NCBI RefSeq assembly: GCF_026571515.1 | Contig: NW_026855673.1 | Coordinates: 1-64,000 of the forward strand | Reading direction: 5' to 3' | Source: Ruditapes philippinarum | Lineage: Eukaryota | Length of the DNA: 64,000 nucleotides | Shown: positions 1-13,200 of the stretch, in pieces | How positions within the stretch are numbered: the first letter of the stretch is position 1 | How the letters are laid out: each line of letters opens with the position of its first letter | Position numbers and translations under genes: made by a program | Notes under the pieces: model-generated | What the model was told of the DNA's origin: nothing | What the model saw: only the letters and a program-made list of their open reading frames with translations | Database searches by the model: none

Positions 1-166
1 ATTTGAAGAAAACCGTGGTGATCTCTCAGTTTGTTCCGGTTCACCATGGTTTGTCCCTTTACTTCACGAAATTTCAACGACCCAACGTCAGTTTACCACG
101 GTTGATCATGGTTGACTAAACCGTGGCAAACCGGGACATAAAACCGGGACTGTGTAAATGGGGCTT
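1..166. mobile_element. Right end of a probable PIF/Harbinger-like non-autonomous element
   Basis: Repeated accgtgg/ccacgg/ccatgg motifs end in ...gtgtaaatggggct followed by ttaa, resembling a Harbinger-type terminus. The other end lies outside the window. Confidence 0.35.
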
Positions 167-558
167 TAACCGCCCTAGTATGACTGTATTACTATTAGTA
201 CTAGCAAGAAAAAAAGGTCTTCAAATCAATGAAATTACTTAAACCGAATTCTGATCGCGACAATATCATAATACTTTTAAGATGTTGTCAATCAGGGTTA
301 TAAATGAAAAAGGGAGACAAAAGAAAAATACTTATCTATTGAGACTTGAGTTTCAATTATATCTTTCTAGAATACGCCTTCTAGCGTAAAAATTATATTA
401 TATAGCAGCTCAAATCCTCGATATTTAGGTTCATAAAAGAAAACAATTAAAACAAAGATACTTTTTGTTAAATGACAATTACAGTAAAAATAACAAGAGA
501 GCGTTTTAAATTAAAATACTACTACTTTTAATCATGATTTTAACATGAATTTATATCT

Positions 559-738
559 TGCGACATTTAACGGTAGTGTTGCGACATTTAACGGTAGCAG
601 AAATTCGTGCGACATTTAACGTTAACATTGCGACATTTAACGGCAAATGATTTTGCGACATTTAGCGGCAGTTGCGACATTTAGCGGTATTGGTGCGACA
701 TTTAGCGGTAAGTGCGACATTTAGCGGCGTGGCGCCAC
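559..738 (+). repeat. Array of 8 copies of a 15-bp core tgcgacattta(a/g)cgg with short variable linkers
   Basis: Core seen at about 559, 580, 608, 629, 654, 673, 694 and 713, with 4-13 bp linkers. Probably subterminal repeats of a DNA transposon. Confidence 0.8.
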
Positions 739-2994
739 AGTGTATACTAAATATCGACTGCGTCTTTTAAAATCAATACCTTTATACAAAATATAGATCG
801 TTTAAGTATAGCATTAAGCTAATACCTAAAAATAGCTAGGTATTTCAAAACTTTTAAATGTAAACATACATATATGTATACTGTAAATATAAAATGTTAG
901 CCGATTTAAAACTATTTTTCTGATGGGAATCTTAAAATTTCATGTTTTAGTGTGCTTTATTTTTACTCTAATCGCTGTGATACTTCAAGGTATAGTTTAT
1001 GTTATAACTTTGTGTTACTGTTGTTTCTTTTGTTGCCGTTGTATGTATTTTAGTTGTTTATTTTACTTTGTTAGTGTTGTTTTTTTCTTGGGTGGTGGTG
1101 GAGATATGTGTGGTTTTCGGGGTGATTATTGTTATTGTCGTTTTATTTTGTTTTTTGTGGGGGGGGTCATATAAAATAATCATATATTAAACTATTAATT
1201 GGTATATCATCTTCTTCTTACAAGTTTAGATCATGAAGTTGAGACATGTAACAGAGGGCCAGGTCCAACGGCTGCCCCGTTCTACCGATCTAATAGCAGT
1301 CGAAACGCAGTAAACGAAAGGTATAAACTTATATAACGTATATTTTACTTTTTTCGCTAAATTATATTTCACTTTTTCTACTGCACTTTTACATAATAAT
1401 TCGAACGAAAATGTCGAGATTGACGGTAAACCTAACCGAGCCTGATATATTTTCAGCCTAGTATGACGTTCTTAAATTAAAATTTCCATTTTAGATACTG
1501 CTTAAACCTGTAGAAATCTAAATTTCAAACTGGCGTGAATAACTAAACGTAAAGTAGTAACGGGACACCGTATGTCAATAGGCCTGCAATTATGCATATA
1601 CATGTTTGCACTTTAAAAAATGCACTAAATTAGCATTTAAACAGCGTTATTGTGAATTTGTATACCTCTATAGATTCTAAGCTATTATTTGTCCTAGTTT
1701 TATGCTTGCAAAAGAAAATGATCAATTTATTCTCAAACTGAAATATCGATAACTCTGTTGAATCAACTGGAAACAATAAACGGACCAAACCCGATGGCTG
1801 ATGTTCGTTCAGTGTTAGGGCATGCCTGTAACGTCACCATAACTTTATGACGTCCAACGTTCTGTATTCTATCCGCACTTTACAATAACATAATAATAAA
1901 CGTTCCAACAGGAAAAATGTCATGTTTAAAAAAATAATGTCTGTATAAGAATGTACTTAAAATTTTCGACATTACGCGTTTCGCGACTATACACTACGAA
2001 ATTTTGGCGGTCCAATAAAAATGTAAGTGCCCGCTCAGGTGGTCAATATACTTTTTCCGTAGGACCGCGACATCATCGTGAATATTATCTTTTAAAGCCC
2101 CGCTGACACTTTGAAATATAGATCAAGAAGAAACACATTTTTGTAAAGGATTATATATCTTTTAATTTAAAACAACAGTTTCTATTTGTATTTTGATATA
2201 GATTTTTCCTAACATTTACAATGGACATGTTCTATATTCAATATAAAGCAAGCAGAACTAAAAGTGAATTTAGCTGTTTCATTTCTCTTTTTATTTCTCG
2301 CTCAAACAAGTATATTACTTTAATAGATCCTAATGGTAAAATATCGATTAATATCAGGTAATAAGTAAGTAAGTAAATATTTTATTAAAGTGACATGTGC
2401 AAATATAAATAATGATGACAATATACAGTTACATAAAGGCATGCACCCGGCCCATTGGGCCTATAAGTCACATAATACTTGTCAAAACAGTAAACATGAA
2501 AACAATAAGCGAATCAATGGTCATGAGTATAGTAAATATACTGTATACAACAGTACAAGTTAGAAATTTTATTCATTTTAGTATAATAATTATAGGATTC
2601 AATACCAATTATTAATGTAACATTATGTTTACAGTGAAAGCATACTTTTAACGTACATATCTAGATATTTAGTATTACTTTAATTAGTATTACTTGAGAT
2701 CAGTACAGTATACAAAAATACAAACATGTACATCATTCAAGAACTCGTTAACGTCATTCTGGCATAACTGTCTAGCAAAATGTGATTTAATCAAGAAACC
2801 TACATCGCCGATATACAATCTCATGCAATAACCAGCCTTATATGTTAATGGTATGGTAATATGTTTATTTTACATTAAAAATTACTCTGTTTAGTTATTA
2901 TCAGTATTTTCAAATATAAAACATTTAAATATCTTTAATTTTTATAACAATTATCATATATATGATATAGATAACGTGTCATTTTGTTTTGCAG

Positions 2995-3091
2995 TATCGG
3001 ACCAAATGGGGCAGTAGAAATACTGCTTGTTGGTGTAGGTGTTGTCGCAGTGATCGTTGTCTGTGTTGTTTGCAAGCGGTGGTGTTCGTAG
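2995..3091 (+). CDS. Possible terminal exon of an upstream gene, encoding a C-terminal transmembrane helix
   Basis: Strong acceptor ttttgttttgcag at 2994. The phase-2 frame reads IGPNGAVEILLVGVGVVAVIVVCVVCKRWCS*. Upstream exons were not identified. Confidence 0.35.
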
Positions 3092-3699
3092 TCTGAAATG
3101 TACCTCAGCATGGCACGTCTTGTCTTCATCCATCGACGTCACGACATCAAATAATGAGGGGGAAAATACACCAATAATGCTGCGTGATATTCCAATTGTT
3201 AATAAGCCTCTCATTCATGGTTGATGTTATTATATCGTGCAATAACTATGTGTCAGAAATGTGACATCATTCTTCAAGATGCTAACAATCACCATCCTCT
3301 TATGATGTCATCGGATTTATTAAGAGCTTGTCCACATAAATATGATATTGCTCATCTTTGACAACATTTGACGTGAACATCGTTATTGTGGGAAGTGTGA
3401 CCTTCATTGCAAGGTCAACCTTGACTTCCTGGTCAGTACCATCCTGTGTTGACCTTAGCAAAACATGTCAACACAAATGAGATTTGTCTCTTTACTTTAA
3501 TTGGTGGGACATTCGTCTTGTAGATGCAACTCGACTTCCTGGTCGACTAAATGGCTAGATATATATATTCGTGCACAAATTTGTCAACACATGTAAAATG
3601 TTTTTATTTTCTTCATGGCGAGACATAACATTTAGACTATGTCATTGAATTTTCGAGATATAGTAATATGAATTGCGACGCTTGTAGCAGAAAGCTTGG

Positions 3700-3870
3700 T
3701 CGTAAAAATTTCTTCCTTTGAGGCGTAATGATTTCTTTGGGGCGTAATGATTTCTGCCTTTTGGGCGTGATTTCTTCCTTTGGGGCGTAATAATGTCTTA
3801 CTATGGAGCGTTATAATTTCTTCATTTTGGGTGTAATAATTTCTTTCTTTGGGGCGTAATAATTTCTTCC
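3700..3870 (+). repeat. Degenerate array of ggcgtaat(a/g)atttc units
   Basis: About 7 imperfect copies are visible and explain the spurious ORF 3632-3910. Confidence 0.6.
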
Positions 3871-4919
3871 TTGTATAGTTCTTCCCACATTTACAAGGGA
3901 TTTCCAACAAACTTTTACAAAATTTACGTCATCAAGTGCCCTGGTGCAGATTGCAGACATTTTTTAATTTGGTCATTTTTGGCACAGAACTGACCCTCTG
4001 TTATATATAATGTATTTGTAATTATGGGGTTTCTTTTTTCTTTTTTTTTTCTTTTTTTCTTTTTTTTTGGGGGGGGGGGGGGGTGGGGGTGGTCGGGTGT
4101 GTGGTGGTCTATTGACAATTTTCCAAAAGAGACACCTAATATTATGATAGATGTTACAGACAAATTTAAACATCATTTTCTGTTTTGAATAAAGTATCAT
4201 GTTGAAAGTGGGTGTTTTTTAATGTTAAAACATATTTGTTTTATAGCTTGTTTGCCTTTGTACGATTTATAACTTTCACAGATTAACAGGTTTTACAAAT
4301 GATAAAGTAAATTTTAAAAAAAACGAGGCACACAATGATGTGATGTGTTAACGTGGAGCGCTTCAGTTTTTACATGACACTTTCCCAAATCATCACGTCC
4401 AACAAGAACAACAATAATTTTACAATTATTTCATTCTCAACCCTTTTCATCTTCCTTACCAATACGAACTGTCATGTGACATGGGTATGAATACTGTTAA
4501 AATATAACCTTTCTCTAGTCGTGGGTGCCTTTTACGACGTTTTAAACAAAACAGTATACCTCTTACATGTAATATGTGACTTTACTGTGGTTTGAAACAT
4601 TACAATTAATTAACGCATCACGTACATTCTTACTAAACGTAAACAAACTTTACGCGGACCGGAAGTAAGAAGGTATAAGGAAATACCAGCAATAATTCAT
4701 ATAAACAAATGTATTCCCCATTGTTACCCATGTTTTACAAGCTTGATTCACTAAGTTTATTAATCATATGATGTTAATTGACACAGCCGTACATGATCGG
4801 GACATTTATATATAATTAAGATCCGTAGTTTTATGATTTACTCATCATTTCCCATCTTCTGTTTACAATCACTTAAGAATATCTTTTTCTATATTTTATT
4901 TTACGTCTGTATTAAAGAA

Positions 4920-7900
4920 ATGGAGCTGGCAGTGGGTTTTCTGCTTTTAAATGTTCTTCATTTTGGAATTTGTGGATTCATAAACAAAGGTAATTATTGA
5001 AATTTAACGCATTTTGTGGGTCTTAATATGTAATTATACTTTGTCAATCATCTATGTCGGAAATTGTCACAATTTATTAAATTGTATTTCGCGCATAATA
5101 TGGGTAAGTTGATTGCTAAATAAAGGGAATTTAACAAAATAATTATAGCTACCTCAAGTTGCATTTATAGCCCACCTATGTACAATTTGAAAAGTTGCTG
5201 TAATTGCTGAGCGTTTATGTTGGAATCGCACTATTTTTTGTTGCGCATCGATATGTTCCTGGAGGAGAATCAATTTAAGTCAACAACAAAAACAGTTGCA
5301 TTAGTGTCATTTGCTGAAAAATATAAAGCTGATACTGTAAAGTACGGATTATTTTAGAAAGTCAAGTCTTCTGATCTGTGAGCCAAAAAATATGCGTTTT
5401 CAATAGATAAAATTGATAAAATTGTGTCTTTAATTGGATTACTATACCAATTAGTACCATTCTTCGAGAGGTATAAGACGAAAATCTGCGCATCCTTTCA
5501 GACATGTTTCCGCGAGATAGCATGTTTGGTCAGCTTATTTTATAATTCAACGCCCCTTTAGGGAATCGAAAGCGGTAAAGTTCAATATAATCGAACATGA
5601 TAGCAGTCTTAAAGTGTGATTAAAAGGTTATGCACATATTGAATAAACTGTATTCGCCATGTTAATACTAAAGTAAAAGGTGTCCCTTAACATTACACAA
5701 GACTAAACTTTAACATGGCGTTGTCCTGCTTTTCATTGCTTATATCAGGGGAGCTTTATTAATCATTAATTACATTGCAACGGAAAGGTGATTTAATTTG
5801 CAAACCATTTTAACGTCCTTTCGTGAACTGTATTATAAAACGAAAAAAAAGGAAACAAGCGCCTAATACTGCAAACTAAATGGATCTTTTAAAACCATGT
5901 ACTATACATTACAATGATTAAAACTAATGATTCGAAAATAGCAACATTTTGTGATACGTGGACGGACTTCTTACGGCCGCCACATCGTATAATATCGCAA
6001 TTACAATTTCTTGTTGCTGTCATTAAAACATTATATTTAACACGGTTTTATCATTTTTTATCAATTAGTCGTACATTACTTTTATATGTTTGGCATCAAT
6101 CATTATAACATTACATTAATATGAATTTATCACGTAAAAAGTAAAACATCACGTATAAAATGTTTGCTGTCAATCACTTTAAGCATCACATTTTTGACAG
6201 GATTTTATAACTTGATACAATCACCAAATTAATAATAATTATGTTTGGAATAAAAAGAACACTTTACTACATTAACACGATCTATCAGCTACTAATTGTA
6301 TCATGGCTTGGGGACCTTTCTATTGAAAATGTGTCAGAGTTAAGTCGTATACATATATATGCACAGTGCCTTAACTGGAGTGCAGATATTTAACTCAGTC
6401 ACCCGCACTCCAGATCATGCCCATTGATTGGCTCATTTTTTTTTTCTAGGGTTTACTTAGTGTGACGGCAGAGAAAGGGATAGTAATAGAAATGTCACAT
6501 TCAGATGCTCGTTCATTGGTTACTTTTGGTGACAACAGGGAACGTGTTTTTATTTGTTTGGGTCGTCAGACCAAACAAATAATGGTAGCGAAATTTCAGA
6601 GCCTAATGCTGTTAATTGCAAATGCCTAAAGTAGTCCACTTTTTTGAAGCGGTTACTTCCATTTATATGTACAATAACGCCGAAAAATTCAGGGGAGATC
6701 AATGCGTAAAGATTGTCAAATGACAGGCGCATTAATTTTCAAGCAAAATAGTTCCCGAAAGAACGAAGATTTCTAATATTGTTTAATTCTTTATAGATAT
6801 ACATGCTTACAGTAAGCTCCATGATTACTTACATCTGTGTTTAGCGTCGAAATAATAAGAGTTACAAACCCTAATTTAGAATAATATGGTTTTCTTCAGG
6901 CCATTGACATATAACTTCACCGTGGCCAAGAGGTTTGCACGCTAGCTTAAGAATCGAGGGGTCTGGAGTTCAAATCCCAGTTGGGGCAACTCATTTTTTT
7001 TTATATTTTTTTAAGTCAAATAAACATTGAATTGCATATCAGTGTTGCGATTAGTCTTATAGCCAATTTACTACAGTTAAAACACTGGAAAGCATTGGTG
7101 GCACTATACAAAAACAAATTGGTTTATAATCTCACAACCTTCACCTTTCTGACATTCTGAGACCCAAACAAATTCAGCGCCTTCTGTGCTTTGATTATTT
7201 TTGCCTATAATACAAAAGAGAAAGAACATCAAAACACTAGGCAATCTGATTTATACTCGGAGGGGGGTTGGGGGTTACGCTTCCTCGAATCAGATAGCCT
7301 CGTGTTCCAATGCTCTTTCTATTACTAGTATTTTAACACTTGAGCCGTCGAAGAGCGTACACATTAACATTTGTATAAAGCTTGATATTAGCCCAGATGC
7401 CGAGTAACTCAACGTCTTGTCAAAAACTCAGGTAAGCAGAAGACACTTTAAGCAGACGACAATTTTCTCAGCGTACAATGAATTGATAAGATGTTGCGTG
7501 TTTATTTTACAGGTTTTATACAGTTTGGCGTTGAATTGAGCGTGTTTTCCGGACGATCTAGTCCAACATGGGTTATTGACAGGAACAACCCCATGTATTC
7601 CTACATAGCTACAACAATCAACAATGCACGACCATCAAGGTTTCGTATACATTTGTGTTAGATTTATTCGCCCAACTTCAATGAGTATATTCTAAATACA
7701 TTTTAAGCAAATGAGCGGAAACAATATGAATCCACAGAATTTTGTTTTCATTGCCTGTTACCATATTCCTTGGATAAGTATAAAACAATAAACTAAAAGA
7801 TAAATGTGCAATTAAGTTTGCGATTTTGTATAAGCGTTTGTTTGGTGTAATTTGTGGTCGCTTTTTTGCCACCACTACATGTGTCTTGTTATGTTTTAAG

Positions 7901-10035
7901 ACAAGGGCTAATTACAAGTTAGTGTTTGTAAGGAAATAACAGGTTGTTTTTACGTACATGCATAATATGATTGTTAGATGAGTGACAATACCAAGAACAA
8001 TTTCCTGGTTTTGATGTCGTGAAAATGTATGTTTTGCTACCGTGAATATATAGTTGACGAAATGAACATTAATGTACAACTATATCATAACTAGTCCATA
8101 CATTATAACTGGTCCCTTAATTTAGTAACAAAAAAGTAGTTCCGTACCTACTGAATAACCTAAACTTATGTAAAAATATCCTTGAGTATTTCATGAACCA
8201 TCCAATCTCATTTCTTATTCATCAGGATGGGTGAGAAGCTTGGATACGGAGGTTTTATCGTGGAGATGAAGAACCCGATGGGTCAGCGAGTGTACAAGAC
8301 CGTAGGGGCGGGTACGAATCCCAGATTAGAGTTGATGTTACTGAATTCGTCACCGTTTCCACTAGAGAGGTCAGTGCGTCGTCACGTGATAGATACCGTC
8401 AGAAGAATGGTAAGGGAACGACGAAAATCGTTAAAATTGTCACAATATGCTAGAAGAATATGAAAAGAAATGTGATCGCAACATGTTTAATATTGTTGTT
8501 GCTTACACTGCATGCGTGCCATATATTTTATATAATTGTTGACATTTATATATATTGATTATTATGCTGAAATACGTTGCGCTAGTAGCTAGATGGTATT
8601 AAAAACGAAAGGACGTTTTTCGGTTAGAATATGAGGAATATAAGCCGTTTTTTATTGAAATATGCTGTGTATAAAATCATATTTCTATAAACAAATACAT
8701 ATTTTATTTTAATATGCATAAACAAACAATTTGTAATTAACATTTTTATGGTAGAACAATATTTCATTTCTAGATGTACGCATATAATTATAATCATGCG
8801 CTTTAAAATGTCATACGCTTAAAATAATCATACGCTTTAAAATATCATACACATCAAAATATCATACGCTTTTAGTTACCAAATAAGTTGACATTTATGT
8901 CATTTTTTTTAGATTGGTCATGCCTTTTTTAGAAAATGTAATGTAAATGTTTGTAAATATAAGCAATATTAGTGCTAATGAAATAAAATATTCTATTTCA
9001 ACACTAGTTGCTTTTTATCTACACTTTAAATTGTTCTGCCCATTTTCCAAACGCCTTCCAGACACCGCTACAACCATATATAACCCTACAAGCAGGGTTT
9101 CCGAGCAGACCGCCTTTCCCTATGCAAAGATGTCGAATTCCGCGGTACGACCCTGAAACTTGGAATGCCTCGCCGACCATCCGGCAAAATAATTGTTATA
9201 ATTATGCCACACAAAGGCCGACTGGTACCTTTGCTCAGCCGGGTAAGATACTTTGATGTTTATTTTCTGTTTATGTAAACACATATTAATTCATTTTATT
9301 TTTCTAATTCATGTTCTAAGAAATTGAAAATTTTGGTTCTGTATTGCGTTCAATGTCTAAACTTCAGTTTGGAGAGGCGAAGAGTCATGACTATCTGTTC
9401 TGGGCCGGAAGTTAAAATTTTGACCAAATAACACGTTATCTTTGACGTCTTACTTGATAACGTTCTTTTCAGAAAGTCCCTGATCACTGATTTTTAAAAG
9501 CATTTTCCTAATTAAATACATTTGTACGAATTTACTTAAGAACTCGATTCTCATGTTGTTGTGTGTATCAAAATATGTAGATCTTTTCGGATATATGTTA
9601 TCTTCGGATAAATGGTTCTCTTTTAGACATATTCTTATCTAATTTAATATAATCTTTCAAATAACGTTTTTGGTATTGTTATAATGCCACTATTTATTTA
9701 TAGGACGAGCTTCCGGTCGAAGATTCTCTAGACCAATCACAGTACGCGGTATTCTTGGCGCTACTGTCAGTGACGGACTGGTTCCATTACCTTTCTTTAA
9801 CCCTCGAATGTTTCCCGGAAAATGTTATATGGCTTTGGCCGTCTGGCCGGAAACTGATTATCATTTCTATCGGTTGGACAGCAACATGTTGTGGTCTCAT
9901 AAACCTGGTAAAACCGCGGTCAAGAATACGGACAATAGCGGTAACCTTATTTCTGACCCTAAAACTGCGGATAGAGGAGAATATACTGTATTTGTTGGTT
10001 ACTTAGGCAACCATCCCGGTGTAAGAGTTCTATAA
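4920..10035 (+). CDS. Secreted 297-aa protein with a predicted papain-like Cys/His domain (NCYNYA...DYHFYR...WSHKPG); resembles proteins annotated 'insoluble matrix shell protein 1-like' and bacterial hypothetical proteins
   Basis: Five phase-consistent GT-AG exons: 4920-4989, 7513-7639, 8226-8409, 9062-9242, 9704-10035 (894 nt). Signal peptide MELAVGFLLLNVLHFGICG. Motifs VELSVFSGRSSPTW, LGYGGFIV, NNCYNYAT, TFAQPGRASG, DYHFYRLD, WSHKPG. Family assignment is from memory. Confidence 0.8.
6547..7196 (-). mobile_element. Non-autonomous Helentron-like (HINE) element, copy 1, with an internal tRNA-like segment
   Basis: Reverse-complement copy of 52935-53594. Subterminal inverted repeat atttgtttgggtc/gacccaaacaaat, terminal hairpin tgtttgg..ccaaaca, A/T-rich insertion site, and a B-box-like gagttcaaatccc near 6966. 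Confidence 0.75.
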
Positions 10036-10295
10036 CATTCATCAACTACATTATAGTACTTTTTTGTTAATATATTTTTTCATCTAACATGGTCTAGATA
10101 GTACATGTATTTTGATATTTATTGTGAAGTCTTTTATACTTGTACGTGTTCAAATATTGCTCTTTGGACATAAGCATAACATCTAAGAGGTCCGACTATA
10201 ACAATTATTTGTTCGATTAAAAATTTAAAAAAAAATGTAAAAACTCAAGTTTTTTTCATATTTTTATTAATACATGTTCTAGTTGTTATTAATAA

Positions 10296-13200
10296 TTATC
10301 TGACTTCAAATCTGAAAAATAAGTCTTTGTCCGGATGAACAACAGCGTGTGCCCAGTCGGTCACAAATCTCAAAGTTCGAGTCTCTGGTACCTTTGATAT
10401 TCTAAATCTATGCAACATAATGGCGGTGGCTATTTTAAGCTCCAGCCAAGCCAGATGCTGACCTATGCACACCCTTGAACCGGCGCCAAATGGTATGTAC
10501 ATTTTGGAGGACGTTCGTTCAGAATTGTCTAAAAATCTGAACGGAATAAATTCCTTGGATTTTGACCATTGTGTATGTGACCGGTGAATACCCCACGTAA
10601 ATGCTTTGATGTCCGTCTGTAATACATAAAAATAGAATTATCATTGTTTGTTAAATATACCATGTATTTTCAAATGAAAAACGATCAAAATACGCAAAAT
10701 TGTACATAGATTTTTTAGTGCGGAAATCACTTATTTAATTACCCACTGTGTCTTTTAGTATAATTATGACAATCTAGTTCTTTAATATAAGAATATCAAC
10801 TGAATTGTTGGTCAGGACAACTTTGAAATTGTAAAAATAAATACCAGCAAAGAGAAATATTTCCCCCTACAAGTGTGGTCGAATAGCTTTACGCATGATT
10901 TTTAAACAAAATAAAAAAATAACAGATTAATATTTTTTAGTTAAAAATAAGCAGCGAAAATTTAATTATGTTACATTTAGAATGGATGGCGGAAAAAAAT
11001 GACGATGATAAAAACGATCTAGTCTGGTTCCCTGCCTACATTTACTACGGAACGTAGTGTAAGGGGAAGGAATTCCAGACTAAATACGATCTTGCAGAGT
11101 GGCCGGACATGGAACTTTTTAAATGACTCAAACAAATAATAAACAGATACAAAGTGAATGTAGTACAAGTCAAATACTGTACATAAATTCGGACAGATAA
11201 ACATACGATGTTATCATGTATGTTTATAAAGGACATGCCTATAATTGGATATATTCTTTTTATACATACGCTCGCTGGAAAGGTAAAATCCCCGACATTG
11301 ACTTCCTCCAGCGTCTGTCTGCTGATGAATGGAGCTATAGGGTAAACACGTAGAACTTCTTTCAATACAGCTTCAAGCTTTGGTAGAGAGAGCGACGGGT
11401 CTTTATACAAAGCGTCTATATTATCGTCTGCTTCAGCTCGGAGTTCTTCCTGATAAAATGATGTCAAACATTTCAGAAATTACAAGGATCTTTTTTTTAA
11501 TTATGATGCTTAATATTCGATATAAATTCAATGGCAATTGTAAAATAACATAAGTTGCTTTGTGTGTTTCGAACAATGTTGCATTCTATGACATTTGGTA
11601 TGAAAATAGTTGTCGTCTGCTGAGAAGCGCGTGATATGACTTTGCCCGCACTATTTTACTCCGTTCTAGCATTTTAAAATGTCATCACGAGTATTGTTTT
11701 GGTCACTCTAGAAATTCCATCAGACCTTAAACTAGAGTTAAGGTAATTCATTCATCAATAGCTCGTGTTAATTCGACAAACCTCGTATCTTTCCGTATCT
11801 GATATTTCTTTAAAAAGCGTTTAGTTGCCTTTATTCTCCTGATCATGTTGACGCTTACTAGTATTTGGGTTTGACAAAAAAGACACGGAAAATTCAGAAT
11901 TATGCCGAACTTTCATTAGCTTCTAATGTTCTTATACGGTATAAATATTGAAAGGACGTTCAATGAGAAAAAATCAAAGTGATGAACTAGAAAGGAAAAA
12001 AATCCAAATACCTGAACATCCGTGTGTGTGGTTAGTAAGTAGACCAAGACGGGTATTGTTGCTGCAGTGGTCTCTGAGCCAGCCATTAAGAATAACTTCA
12101 TATTATCTCGAGCCTATATTAATATATGTATAAATTAATTAATATTAATATAATCTTAATTAATTTATATAATCTAACAAAATGACTATAGTCTTTAAGG
12201 ATAGCAACATTAACATACTTGGACATTAACGAGCTAAGAAACTCTTTTTGATAGATGAAAATATTCCGCAGATGGATTTCCATGTGGTCGTTTCCTAAAA
12301 ATATCTTTGAAAAATCAAGGGAATACATGTAATATTAAACATATACACCTATATGTGTTTATCATGTATATTAAATAACAGAAACATTCTGCGTTACAAT
12401 TCTTTCGAGGACCGACCTTAAGGTAATTATAACAACATAATTTTATTGTTTTCAAATTCTATAAAAATATTTCATTAGATACATGTGCATATAAGATATT
12501 TAAGTTGTTTCTAAAAATACAGGATTTATTTTCATCGAGTGGTATGAAAATAAATATTTCATGAGTGGCGGTAGCCAAGAGTGAAATATGATAATTTTCG
12601 TTGCACAAGATGCAAATTAATCTTGTTTTTAGAGAAAGAATTTGAATTTTGTGTTTATCATATACATTTTTATCTTTTTTTACATTAAAATTTGAAATAC
12701 TTCACCTTAAATTTTGTGTATTGGCTGAATTTGAAAGAAAGTAGATCGGCAAGACACCAGTGAAATTACGGGAAATATATTTCACTGCAGTGAAAAATAT
12801 GGCAAATGTAAATACACATCTTATTTCATCAATATTTCTTAATATATCATTTATAAGGATATAATAAAGCTTTATACTCTTTAATATAAAGTTTATTATT
12901 GAGTTGCTTTTTAAAATAGAAGTAGCTTATCAGCATTTAAATGTGAATGCACTACATGTATTTAATTGTAATTAGAATTTAAATAATATGATAGATTTGA
13001 TATAAAAGTTATTTTTTTCTTTTTTTTTTCATCTTGTGAAATGTTGGCCTACTTTGTAACAGATATCATTTACAACATCAAATTCAGTTGTTAATTGAAT
13101 ATTACTTATATAGCTTTTACGGGCCATCAAATTTAAGTTATCAAAATCGCATGACTTTTGCATTAAAGACAAAGCGGTTTAAAATCGCCAATATGAAGAC

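Noticed and set aside
559-738. CRISPR-like array (constant core with variable spacers)
   Set aside because: Repeats are only 15 bp and spacers 4-13 bp of unequal length, there are no cas genes, and the context is eukaryotic. It fits transposon subterminal repeats.
6550-6732. Apparently conserved small protein also found at 53409-53591
   Set aside because: Both lie within copies of the same non-autonomous repeat; similarity extends equally into non-ORF sequence.
6915-6990. tRNA gene (also at 40259-40335)
   Set aside because: A/B boxes are present but I could not fold a proper cloverleaf; these are SINE- or transposon-embedded derivatives.
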